A DNA stretch of 64,000 nt from contig NC_067398.1 of assembly GCF_016432865.1 (NCBI RefSeq), positions 557,752,001 through 557,816,000 on the forward strand. The letters are read 5' to 3'. The notes below the pieces were generated by a model. It made no database searches and was not told the DNA's origin. It worked only from the letters and a program-made list of their open reading frames with translations. Source of the DNA: Antechinus flavipes. Its lineage: Eukaryota. The translations under genes were made by a program, and so were the position numbers. Positions 11,084 to 22,650 of this stretch are shown one piece after another (position 1 is the stretch's first letter; each line of letters begins with the position of its first letter).

Positions 11084-13375
11084 CAGTCCCTTCTTATATT
11101 TGACTAACAGATAAATTTCCCAGATTTCATCCCAACACTTGACCAGAAAAGTATTGAATACCATATCCAAAATCCTGTGGTACCCAAGACAGTCATACAT
11201 TGTATGAGTAAGATGTAGCACCTATTAGCCAGGTACTCAAAATATGTTCCCTACACACCAGGCCATTAACCCTCACAATATCCCAATCAGATCCAGAGAA
11301 GGAAGGCATTGATCAGAAAGAAATGACGAATGGTGACCCTGGGAAATTGTTCATTCCTAAAAGTACAAAAAAATTCAGTAATAAAGAAAGAGAATATGGT
11401 GTCTCTATACCATGGTCCCTTTATTTTGTCCCCAATTTTCCCTCTTTCTCTTTCTCTTTTTTATTTTATAGCAATATTGGAGAAATTTCGGGCATCCTTC
11501 AAGAAAGGAAGAATATGAGGTACATAAAATGCTCAAAAAGGAAATGCATGCAAAATATAAATTCTTCTTGGACCTCTCAGATTCAACTGCTCATCTCCTA
11601 TTCCTGGCTTTCTCTGTTGTTTAGAAAACAACAGAGTTCGGCTGGGAATTCTCAGCAACACTGCCTCTATCTCTGCACAGAGGGCAGGGAATTGGATTTT
11701 CCATTTCATGCACCATTCGTAACTTTATCACTTGGGACTCATATGCTATCTTTAACATACAGAGAGAGGAAAAAATAGCAGTAGCCATCTTTCACAATTG
11801 CCTTGAAAAATCCTGCTAGTTCCATTCACTTCATTATTTTTCAGATCATGAGCACACTAGTCAAAAAAATCACTACTATTTTCTAGCCTGTTGTTGGTAT
11901 GCAAAAAGTATATTGTTAATGTCACTGAGTTTGTTTTTATGATGATATTAAAAAATAAGGCTAATCTTTTGATTAGAATCCCCAGATCCTGAAAGATATG
12001 CAGAATCATTGTTACCTTTTCTCTCTAAGCAACGGTCAAATTTCACCATAAGAGAGTCTCTCCTCACATATACCAGTTTAAATCCTGGGAACCTAATCCC
12101 TCTAGAAAGTCAGCATCTCTCTGGCTCTGCCCTCACCTTCTGGTAAAATTCTAATGAACTCTATGAAACAAAGTTAAGTATAGATCATACCTTGGGTATC
12201 CTCAAGATCGGTGACAGAGTACTAAAATCTTTCACACACACTCAAAGTAAATATGATTATTGATTTTGAGACAGTATTATACTTAAAATGCATGATATAC
12301 TAAAGAATCAGGGGTAGAATAAGGTAGAATCTGGAAACTCTTTGAGTCTTTAAGTGGTGGAGCAGGTGCCAGTCTATACTGATAGAGAACATTTATTCAC
12401 CAGAAGCTCACTAAGCCGATGAAATTGCAGGACTGGTTCAAAAACAGAAACATAAATCTTTTAAGTAATCCATCAGCTCTCCCAAATACAAAAACTGAAC
12501 ATGGGGCTAACTACTAGCAGGGCAGCCTTCTGTCATTCTGGTGAATCTGTCTTTACTACAGAGTCCGATAGCCTCCAGAACACTTGGAGCATCATTCCCG
12601 AATGTAGATTCCTGACAAATGTAAAACACACTTTGGAGTTTGCTCAATAAGCCAACCCCATTTTCTTTATACTCTGAGTTTACAACTTCAAAAGGAAGCT
12701 CATAGGCTGTACTCTTCTTTCTCCAAGAAAGGGAGAAGGTAACATCAGAAAATCTTTCTCTTAAAAGTCTTAATGCCTAAACCCATGGTCTCAGCAACTT
12801 TTGAAATTAGCTTCATCAATAAGGCCACTCTTAAAGAGATATCATCCAAGAAATCTCCACTTTCTGCTAAAAGGCAGAATTCCAGAATCACTCTGCTTAG
12901 GGAATTTAAAAGCTCCTCTTCTCTACAAAGGAAGTTGTAATTATAATTGTAACAGTAATTATCTTTGAACTGCACTCTCTGACAGGTGTCATATGTAAGC
13001 AAGTCATCAACTGCTTTGTTCTTTATTATAAGTCATAGTTGTTGTTACTGATGAGAAAGTATGGGAGGATCCCTAATCCCAACTCCCTCCTCTGTTCTTT
13101 CTGAACTCTGGAAGGAAAAAGTCAAGGAGTGAATTTTACAGGACATGAAGAGGGGTTGCTTTTCTTCAGCCAGATAATCACTAGGGATCCACTAGATCCC
13201 ATCAATAGCTTTCAAATAATAATACACAACCTTTAATTTTATCAAGTTGACTGGGGAATTCCTCAAATACATCAGGGACTGCCTGGATTTACACTCCCTT
13301 ATATACTCAACTTCAGACTTACTCATCAGATTATACCTCTAAGTCCAATTATATTTATGCTCTTTTATTTGTCAG

Positions 13376-13552
13376 AGGCAGTGTGACATATTGGACAGAG
13401 AATCAAGCTTATAGTCAAAAAAACCTGGGTTCAAGTCCTCTTGATTATGTGATCTTAAACAATTCATACAACTATATTACACACTTGCATGTCATGGCAT
13501 CACTTCCCTGATGTCATGTTCTTCTTTGAGAATGAAAAACAAACAACAACAA
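13376..13552 (+). mobile_element. tRNA-derived SINE head joined to an RTE-LINE-type 3' tail
   Basis: cctgggttcaagtcc (B box) then catgtcatggcatcacttccctgatgtcatgttcttctttgagaatgaaaaacaaacaacaac, a marsupial RTE 3' end. Confidence 0.6.
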
Positions 13553-14049
13553 TCTTATACACTAGATTACAGAGAAATTACAAGTCTGTAGGAATACAAT
13601 TTATTCACCAAGAGTTTCCTACATCAACAACATTTCAGATCTAAATAAAAATATATATTTATATGTGTGTGTATGTTCTTTTATTTGAAACTAGAATTTC
13701 AATTACAAAAAATTCATTTAACTAGAAAAGTCACCCCAAATCAAGACAGAGGCTGTTAATTTTATTTCTTTCTACAAATTATTTTGAGCATTACTTCCAT
13801 CAAATCTCACCTAGTGAGTCACACATCTTTGCCCTATCAGTTAACCAAACATGGTCTCCTAAATAAAGTTTATGGAGTTAACTCTGCATGCTCTGTCAGA
13901 TCCCATTGGTTTCCAGTCAGCTTCGAAAAAGAAGCATATAAAAAGGATGACTGTTTCAGAAAACACTAAAATTTTATATTTGGTTTTGTGGGAAAGGATT
14001 AATACATTTTAACCAAACCCCATAAGAAATGCAGGCTTTTTGTTGCTTG

Positions 14050-14140
14050 CCTGTCACAGGAGTCAGAAACTCCCTAACATGTCAGCTTTCCCCATAAACA
14101 ATAAGTATATTGTAAAACAGTTTATGGCTATTGTAAAAAT
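14050..14140. promoter_or_regulatory. putative enhancer core (CDX/posterior HOX, MEIS, FOX motifs)
   Basis: CCATAAA 14092-14098, TTTATGG 14121-14127, TGTCA x2, TAAACA, in non-repeat sequence; motif inference only. Confidence 0.3.
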
Positions 14141-14764
14141 ATTTTGACTATTTTACCCAACTACCTGAGTAAGACACCTGGTAGCAGTAAAAATCACTTT
14201 TACAGCTAGCCTTCCAGGACACAAGAGAAAAAATGAAGACAATTTCTTTTCTATTAAAGTATTATACAGCTGTGCCTAAGCAAAACATCTGTTATACTGT
14301 CTCGCCAAAACAAAGCACTGTCGTTTCTCATGATATTTATTTATTTCCAGTGGGAACTGTAAGGTACTCGGCTGATAGCTTCCACCAAAAAACTGGCTAA
14401 GCATTTCATTGGGAGGGAGTCACTCACTTCATGGTTCACTACTCAGAACTATAGCTGCTCAAAGAGATAATAGAGACAAGGGATCCAAATGAACCCATTT
14501 CTACTTCTCACTTTCCTTTATTCTCTGTTGTTTCCTTTCCTACATTTCTCCCACTCCATATAACCATATATTTACAAGGTAGGAAAAAATATGATTCTCA
14601 TAGCCTGTTCTTAGCCTTAACCAGAAACCCAGAAGATAGAGCCACAACACTTTGCTTCTGTGCTGCACAATCTAATGTTCCATTATGTACTGCCATCCTG
14701 CTTTTTAATCCTGTTTTTATGCTATTCATTAGGAATAGAGACTAAAATTGTGATTTCATTGTTA

Positions 14765-14900
14765 TAAGGAATTCCCATATGAGGGAAATTCTTCTGCCAG
14801 TACAGGTAAGCACTTTTAAATCTTATTGAATTGCCTAGAGAACAACTACCTGAGAGAAATGATCTGACCAAACATATCAACTAGTGTGTCAGAGATGAGA
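14765..14900 (-). mobile_element. marsupial CORE-SINE variant with a distinctive tail
   Basis: aggaattcccatatgagggaaattcttctgccagtacagg...ttgcctagagaac; related copies near 12350-12430, 47840-48040 and 50790-50980. Confidence 0.55.
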
Positions 14901-14924
14901 TGGAATAATAGGTTTAGAATATGG

Positions 14925-15090
14925 TATAGTGAAAAGAGTGTTTCACTGGGAAATCCATGAAGTTGGGTTCAAATTCTATCTGTTTCATTAATTACATGTA
15001 TGACACAGGTTAGGTGACTTTTCTTCAACTGTAAAATGAAAAGGTTGAATTGATTTTTAAAGTCCTTTCAAGCTCTAGATCTGATCCTAT
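14925..15090 (+). mobile_element. MIR3-type SINE
   Basis: ttgggttcaaattctatc, core ctgtaaaatgaaaagg, L3-type tail gtcctttcaagctctagatctgatcctat. Confidence 0.65.
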
Positions 15091-15264
15091 ATCCCATTTT
15101 TCTTTAAGTTATATGATCTGATTATCTAGGTCTTGTCTTACTAACTAGATTGTGGGCTTCAAATGGACCAAGAGACAACTGTCTTCTGCAAATAATTATT
15201 GATTGAATTCATATGAGATTAACTGAATCGACCCAGTGGCTTATGTTATGCAGAGGAAAAGGTG

Positions 15265-15415
15265 CCTAGGTTTTGGGACCAGAATCCTATCCTTGAATCT
15301 TGATTCTGCCATTTATTATCTGTATGGCATTAGGAACAATACATTTTTATTTGTAAAATGAGGGATTTGGACTGGAGAGTCTCTAAGGTCTTCTCTGTAT
15401 CTTAATCTATAATAC
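15265..15415 (+). mobile_element. MIR3-type SINE
   Basis: ttgaatcttgattctgccattta...ttgtaaaatgagggatttggactggagagtctctaaggtc. Confidence 0.6.
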
Positions 15416-15678
15416 TGGGGTCATGACTTTCTTTTCTGTGGCCGTTTTTCTTTTCTTTGGGCGAAGCACCAGAAGATCAATGGGATACCTTGTGTAAAAG
15501 TACAAGTAACAATGTTATCAGAGTAGTAGGTGAGAGAGATAAAACATGGGATCATAATGTAGACTCTCTCTAGATAAACTCTCTCACCTGCCATTAATAT
15601 TGGTAAAATCCCCAGAAGATATTCCCCATTTTAGGGCTCTCAGGGCAACCCTGAGAAGCTGGGGAGCATCCAATACTA

Positions 15679-15947
15679 GGAAGATAGGTGGCACAATAGA
15701 TACAGTGCCAGCCCAGAGTCAGGGAGACCTGAGTTCAAAATCAGCCTCAGACTGATCGTGACTAGATCGTGACTTTGAGAAAATCATTTAACTAATGTTT
15801 GCTTTTATAAAATGGGGAAAATAATAACCCCTACCTCCCAAGGTTGTTGTGAGGATCAAAGAAGATAATAATGGCAAAGCCCTTACTTAGCACAGTGGCT
15901 GACACCTAGTTTGTGCTATCTAAATATTGGCTATAATTATTATTATT
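15679..15947 (+). mobile_element. MIR/Ther-1-type CORE SINE, full length
   Basis: A box ggtggcacaataga, B box gacctgagttcaaaatc, core aaaatggggaaaataataacccctacctcccaaggttgttgtgagg, L2-type tail cttagcacagtggctgacac. Confidence 0.85.
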
Positions 15948-16689
15948 GTAATCCTTTCTCTAGTGAATCAGTCCTCCATAGCAACTAGAAGATTGATATC
16001 AAGAGCAGCAGAATTAATTAGCTGAGAGAAAGGTATATTCACTAATAGGATAACAACAATTGGTACAAAAACACCCCAACCCTCCAAGTCTGAAACACAT
16101 TCTCCTCTGCCCACATAAGGTTTCCTCTAGAGAGTGGGCTTGAATTTAGGGAGCATATGCAATAGAGGGGTAATTCACAGATCTCAGTTATTTGAAGTTC
16201 TTTTCAGTTTTCATGGAGTCCTCATAAAGTTCCCTTAGCTCTCTGCTAGGTTCTGAGGGTCAATGTTTGTCCTTAGTTCCTGATAATGCCTTCTACCCTC
16301 AAATAACATTTCAAATTGCATATTTCTAATGTACAAAACAAGTCATGAGGCATATTGTAGTTATCTATGTGGCATATGTTATCATTAAATTGAAGTCTCT
16401 TTTCATGTGGGTTCTTATCTATTCTATTTCCTCACTGTTAAATAGCTGCTTTATAGAGTTTATTGAATTGCCATTCAAACACTCAAGACAGAAATTAACA
16501 ATTTGGCAATGCTCAATAATCCAAGCAATTGATTAATGTACATTGTCCCCAGAATTCTCTCAGGTTTTCAAAATAGGAAGTAATCTAAGGTTGATATTCT
16601 TTTGATAGATAATCACCCATATAGAATCCCTCAATTTAAATACTGAAGAATCACTCAATGTCATATCTTTCTAGATGGCACCCACTATT

Positions 16690-16855
16690 GCCCTCCCTAA
16701 CTAGATTTTTCTACTTTGCATTTATATTTATTATGCTCTCTCTCTGATAGAACGTATGTTGAAAATTATTTCATTCTTAGCTTTTGTCTTCCAGATGCTT
16801 AGCACAGTGCCTAACACATAGTAGGCACTTGATAAATGTTGAATGATTGATTGAA
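16690..16855 (+). mobile_element. L2 3' end
   Basis: cttagcacagtgcctaacacatagtaggcacttgataaatgttgaatgattga. Confidence 0.8.
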
Positions 16856-17799
16856 ATCTGAGGCTACATTTTCTGGTATCCTTTTGACAGGAAGTCATTA
16901 AGCTGAAAGGTCAGGGTAGCCAGTTTAATGATGTCCTTCAAAAAATCCATCACTCCCATTGGAAGCTGAATCCCCTTTTCACTGCAAAAAGGATATTCTG
17001 ATGTTGGCTAATAGACAAAAGCTCCAGTTCTTCCCGATTTACTCAGCTAGCATGGGTAGGAACTGTGCATTCCAGGCAACTGAATGGCAGTGGAAATACA
17101 AATAGTGCCTGGGGTAAGGATAAAAGTGAAGGTACACAGGGGCATAAAATAGGTTGTGCCTTTTACTTTTGAGAGTCCAGCAGAAATTGGGCAGGAGAGC
17201 TTTAGTGACCTTGCCTCTCTCCTAGAATCTCTGCCGCCTCTCTGATTTTATTTATCATGGCTGCTGTCAAAAGCAAAGGGTGAGAAATAGCTGAGGGTTA
17301 TTCAGGGACTTTGCAGAGAACAGGTGGAGAGAGGAGAAAGAAAGGAGTATTGTGAGTAGGAAGAAATTAAAAATGTATCTAGGAAGAGAGAGAAAGAGAA
17401 ATCTTTGTTAAGGAGCAATTTAATAATTTCAACAGTTAAAAGCAAAGGAAAATCATTTTGGCAATGAAGGGACCCAAATTCAGTATCCTGAAGACGGGAG
17501 TGTTTTCCTGATGGTTTGGAGGGAGGGGAGTTATTTTTGTTTATTTTGTTTTGTTTTGGTTTTGGCTGATTGATTGATTGTTTATTGCTTGTTTTTTGTC
17601 TAAGCTGTCCTTATTTTGAGTAATCAGTTACAAAATTTGTTTGCAAAAGTGGAAAACATGGATGGCTCCAGTGATGCATTATCACAGATCAAGGAATGCA
17701 TCCCATAAATTTCATGATCTCTTAAAACTTGGCCAGCCACTTCTGTTCATAGGAAAGCAATATTCCTCAAATCCTCTACCAATTCAGTGTCTTTGCACA

Positions 17800-18530
17800 A
17801 AGCATCTCTGACATATATCTGATAGACATAATATACAGTGAATTGAGAAAAAAAAATGATAAGAACCATTTTCTAAAACATTTCCTATCAAAAAATATAA
17901 TCAATTTTCAGAACATGAATAACAATGTAAAAAACTCATCAAATCACTAATATGAGAAATGCAAATTGAATCAATGAAGATTTCACTTCATACTTATCAA
18001 ATTGATAAATTTTATGGAGGGGAGGGAAGAAATTGTTAATGTTGGAGGGGCTATGAGAAAAGATAGACACAAATGTAGTAGTGATGAAGCTGGGACTTGA
18101 TCCAACCATTTTGAGAAAACAATATAAAACTGTGCCAAAAAAAAAAAAATCTAAGTGTACGTATCCTTGATCCAATCAATCATACTACTACACATATACC
18201 TAAATAAGGTTAATGACCAAATGAAAGATTCCATATACATCTTTTTTTTTTAACAATATTCTTTGAGGTGAGAAAAAAACTAGAAACAAACTAATGCTCA
18301 TCACTTAGGGATGGTTGAATAAATTCTAATACACAAAGATAATTGAATGTTATCATGGCATAAGAAATGGCAAATATGAAGAATTTAGAGAAATCTAAGA
18401 AGAATCCTATGAACTAATGAAAAGCAAAATATAACCAAGAAAACAGTATACACAATGAGCAAAATAATGTAAAAGAAAACAAAACTAAAAGACATCCAAA
18501 CTCAGATCTGTACAGACCAGCTTTGACTCC
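17800..18530 (+). mobile_element. L1 ORF2 C-terminus and 3'UTR fragment
   Basis: Decayed S-L-I-x-x-E-M-Q-I motif (tcactaatatgagaaatgcaaatt), gatccaaccattttg, typical end-of-ORF2 text. Confidence 0.8.
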
Positions 18531-18539
18531 AAAGAATAG

Positions 18540-18750
18540 TTAATAGCTAGCATTTATAAAGAGTTTCAAGGTCTATAAAATGTTTTATCTGTATTATCAC
18601 AGATGACTCTTAACAACAACTCTCTGAATTAAGTGCTATTCTTATTCCCATTTTATAGACAAATAAACTAAGGCTAATAGAGGCCAACTGACTTACTGAG
18701 GGTCACATAGCTAGTTAGAGGCTGAAGTACAATTTGAACTAAAGTCTTCA
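18540..18750 (-). mobile_element. MIR SINE
   Basis: attcccattttatagacaaataaactaagg...gagggtcacatagctag, antisense core. Confidence 0.75.
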
Positions 18751-18768
18751 TTAAAAAGCCAGAAAATA

Positions 18769-18922
18769 GGAGCAGCTAGTTGGTGTAGTGGATAGAGCAT
18801 CACCCTTAAAATCAGGAGGACCTGAGTTCAAATGTAGCCTCATATACTTAATATGTCCTAGGTGTGTGACCCTGGGCAAGTCACTTAACCCCAATTGCCT
18901 CAGGGGGAAAAAAACAGAAAAC
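18769..18922 (+). mobile_element. short young CORE SINE (WSINE1-like)
   Basis: ggagcagctagttggtgtagtggatagagc...ggacctgagttcaaat...gtgtgaccctgggcaagtcacttaaccccaattgcctc plus A-rich tail; imperfect TSD aaaaagccagaaaata / aaaaaaacagaaaaca (13/16). Confidence 0.85.
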
Positions 18923-19599
18923 AGATAATTCACGGGAGTTGTTTGGATAATTCAGAGCAAAGTAGTATTCTATTTTCTAGCCCCTGAAATTGTACCATGT
19001 TTGAATATTTTAAGTACTAAGCTTTGGAGAAAATATAATAGCAGTTATGTTATTATTACTATTTGGGCCTTTTTTGTTAATTCAAGGTTATGTATGTATA
19101 AATATTACAGGAAATATTTGGGGTAGAGGAAATAAATAGCTATCCCATACCTTATTCATATTGTTGACTGAGTATAATTCTACATACTCTTTGAGGAAAC
19201 TCTAGGCATCACCCCCAAATCTAAGCTTTAAATAATTTCACCCAGAGCACTGGGGTGAGGAATAAAGAATCTAAGATAGAATTAAACAACTGAGTATGTC
19301 CTTTTGTTCAGGTGGAAAATCTCCCCCAAGACAGAGCCAAGTAATAGGTGTAAAAGGGTCCAGAACAAAGAGATCCCCTAGTGGAGTCCTTGGGTCCAGC
19401 AGTATTTTGAATTATTGGATGACTATCCCATACAATTTTTTTAAAATGTATTTAAGATAGGTTGCTGTAACAGTAGATCCATTACAAAATTCTTCAAGAT
19501 CTGAGGAATTTCTCATCCTACTGGTCCTACCCTTTAATAGATTTCAAAATAAGCACAACAGTATAAACAATTGGCAAGAATTTGCAGTTCCCAGGGAGT

Positions 19600-19781
19600 A
19601 AAACAATAGTAGAGTAGTTTGCCATTTTCTTCTCTAGTTCATTAAGTATAGAGAAGGAAACTAAGACAGGAGTAAGTGGCTTACTCAGAGTCAACCAGCT
19701 AGCAAATGTCTGAGATCTTGTTTGAAATGAAGAAGATGCGTTCTTGATTCCAAGCTCGGTACTCTATTCACTACAGCTGCC
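19600..19781 (-). mobile_element. Mar1-type SINE
   Basis: agtagtttgccattttcttctctagttcatt (antisense RTE tail) through tactctattcactacagctgcc (antisense head). Confidence 0.7.
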
Positions 19782-20399
19782 TTTGAAGGTAGTGGAGAAG
19801 AAATAATTAGCAATGGAGAGAAAGAATACTAAACGTAGAGTGGAGATGATATAAGAGTCAAGATATTGTAGAGGATCAAAGAGGATGGTTTAAATGGTCA
19901 ATGCTGAGGAGTCGGCCTTATCAAGGAAAAAGAACTATTTCATCAGAAGTTAGATGAGAAAGGAGATAGTGAAAGATGAAGTCAGAGGCAGATGAGAGGG
20001 AATTCTCAGCTCAGTTTTTTCAGAGATGTATGAGATAAATTTCTCTGATGGGACAAGAGAAAGAGTAAGGAGAAAGCTTAAAGAAAAAAGTCATGGAGGG
20101 TAGGACTATGCTAACCACTAGGGAATGAGTTTAGGCTCAATATGAGTGGATGGGGAGGAACCACTGAGGAAACCAAATAATGAGAAGGTTCAAGAGCCTT
20201 CCCTGAATTTGTGTCAAGAAGTTTTTCCTCAGATCCATCTTAGAGCGCACACTAGCAGAAAGAGTTGTGACCTGAGGAGTCAAGAGAGAGTAGGCCCTGG
20301 ATTCTGACTCTAGAATGCATAATTGGGTCAAGTCTGAAGTTATTGTGACCTGCAAGGCCTAGGAAGAAGATGATATGTCCTAGGATTCTCACTCCCATA

Positions 20400-21350
20400 T
20401 TATCTTCTGCCTATTAGTCACACTACTATCAGTCCTTCAGTCATTTTGAAGCTTGAATTCGCTATCTCCAAAACAGAATTCCTAATATTTTTCAGAGAAT
20501 CCACTCCTCTTCCTAACCTCTTTATTTTCATCAAGGACACAACTTATGTTCATAACATCAATCATCCTTGACTCTCCAACCTCCCTCATTCCTCAAATAC
20601 AACCCTTGACCACTTTTGTAGATTCTCTCTCCACATCTCTCACATCTTTTTCCTTCTCTCTACTCATATGGCCACTACCCTAGTCCAGAACTTTGTTACC
20701 TATCATCTGGAGTATTATAATAACTTCTCCCCCTTCAGGCTTCTCCTTCTCCAAACCACCCTCCATATAATAGCCAAATTGATATTCCCAGAACACAGAG
20801 CAAACAATAACACACCCTGCTTAAGAAGCTTCAGTGACTCCTTGATGTCTATAGGAAAAAATAAAAACTCTTCTGTTTAAAATTTTATTTTTTTCACCAT
20901 CTCCCTCTAGCCTGTTTTTACAAACTGATTTCACATTATTCCCTATCACACACTATCTTCCTGACAATCAAACTAGCCTATCTGCTCATCTCATCTCCCA
21001 CCCTCATGCTTTTGCTTAAGCTGTTTCTCATGTTTGAATGCTCTCCTTCTTCACCTCTATGGAAGAATATTCTGAGAAATGTTTAACGACCACTTCTTGG
21101 GGGAGGAGGAAGGATGCTGAATTATTAATATTTTCTCCCACACTCTGCCTAGAAAATCAATAAAATAATCAACCAACCCTCAATTTGTAGTGGTTGCCAA
21201 TTTCTGAATTTATAAATTCTCAGGCTGAAAAATAAACAATTGACTTCCCTAGCCAGCATAAACTGGCTACCTTTTAGAACTACAAGCTTCAAGGTTCATC
21301 TCAAGGGCCATCTCATTTAAGGGTCCTTTCATGATTCCCTTCAGTTATTA
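20400..21350 (+). mobile_element. L2 3' region, interrupted by a DNA transposon
   Basis: gccactaccctagtccag, ccaaaccaccctccatataatagccaaattgatattcc, cttaagaagcttcagtgactcc; explains ORF 20668..20880. Confidence 0.75.
21065..21275. mobile_element. MER63-like hAT-Blackjack element
   Basis: aaatgtttaacgacc...ctagaaaatcaataaaataatcaaccaaccctcaatttgtagtggttgccaatttc...gccagcataaactggct resembles MER63; inverse copy at 33410-33630. Confidence 0.6.
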
Positions 21351-21354
21351 GTTT

Positions 21355-22650
21355 CTAAAACCAAAGCAGATTAACAAATAAGTAAAGAAACAAAAAAACT
21401 TTACAAGTTTTTTTTCTGTTAAAAGTCTCATTTACAAGATATATAAGGAACTAACTCAAATTCAAATTTTTTAACATTCATTTTTACAAAATTTTAAATT
21501 TCAGATTTTTTCCCCTCCCTTCCCTTACCCATAAAATGGTTTTTAAAAGTTAACATTCCATTTCAGAAATTTTTGAGTAATTCAAATTTTTAAGAATAAC
21601 ATTTTCTAGTTTATAAATGGTTAAAACAGACAGTTTTCAAAGAAAGAAATCTAAACTACTAAAAGCTCCAAATCACTAATAATTAGAAAAATACAAATTA
21701 GAGCAACTCTGAGGTTCTAACTCAAACTCATCAGATTGACAAGTTGACAAAAAAGGAAAATAACAAATGTTGAGAAAACAAGCATATTAATGGGTTGTGG
21801 TGTGACTGCAAATTGATCCAACCATTCTGAAAAGCACTTTGCAACTACATATAAAATGAAGTAAGCTTGGACTCAGTGATATCACTATTAGGTCTTGGAT
21901 GCCAAGGAGATCAAAAACAGAGGGAAAGTACCTATGTGTAGCAAAAATATGTACAAAATTTTTTTAAATTCTTTTTGTAGTGGCAAAGAAATGGGACCTA
22001 AGTGATTCTCTCAACTTACCCCCTTATGGAAGTAAGAGATTCACAAGTGAAAGACATTGTACATATTTTAGGATTTTATCAATGCATCAATCAATTATGA
22101 TGACTTTTTTATATTTCTCTAAAAAATGTTGTTTTTATATGGAATGACTTTCTGGAAGAGGGAGGGATAGACATACAAAATATGTCTACCCTTTGGATAA
22201 TCACATTGATGTAAAAAGCAGGAAATATTAAAATTTGTTTTTTAAAATGTTTTTAAATAAATAAAAAGAGGAAATGAGAAAGGGAATTTCAGAGAAATTG
22301 GGCATGATTTATATGAACTTATGCAGAGTTAAATAAAGAGAACCAGGAAAAAACTTACACAATAACTACATTATAAAGACACACAATTTTGAAAGATTTA
22401 AGGACTCATCCATGCAATGACTAATCATGATTGCAGAAGTTCTATGATAAAGAATGCTATACCCACCTCATGAAACAGAATGATAGGATCAGGCTACAGA
22501 ATAAGGCCTACATTTTTGGACATAGATAATGTGAAAATTTATTTTGCTTGACCATCCATATTTATTGTAAGGATTTGTTTGTTTCTTTGTTTCCAATGGA
22601 AGATGGAAAGTGGAGTGGAAGAGAAAGAAAATAAATTCTTATTATGTGAA
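21355..22650 (+). mobile_element. L1 ORF2 C-terminus and 3'UTR with nested fragments
   Basis: 21676 onward translates SLIIRKIQIRATLRF*LKLIRLT, matching the L1 ORF2 SLIIREMQIKTTLRxHL motif; 3'UTR to ~22650. Confidence 0.85.

Noticed and set aside
11323-11778. Longest non-repeat ORF (151 aa)
   Set aside because: No recognisable domain, contains a low-complexity FSFSFLF stretch and has no flanking splice or promoter support; by a rough estimate about one open frame of this length or less is expected by chance in six frames of 64 kb
14428-14460. Minus-strand 27-30-nt exon-like unit ending GAA|gtgagt
   Set aside because: Stops in all frames and several competing AGs; not distinguishable from chance
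15679-15760. tRNA-like A and B boxes (also in the other SINE heads)
   Set aside because: They are SINE heads followed by CORE sequence; no cloverleaf, so no tRNA gene is called
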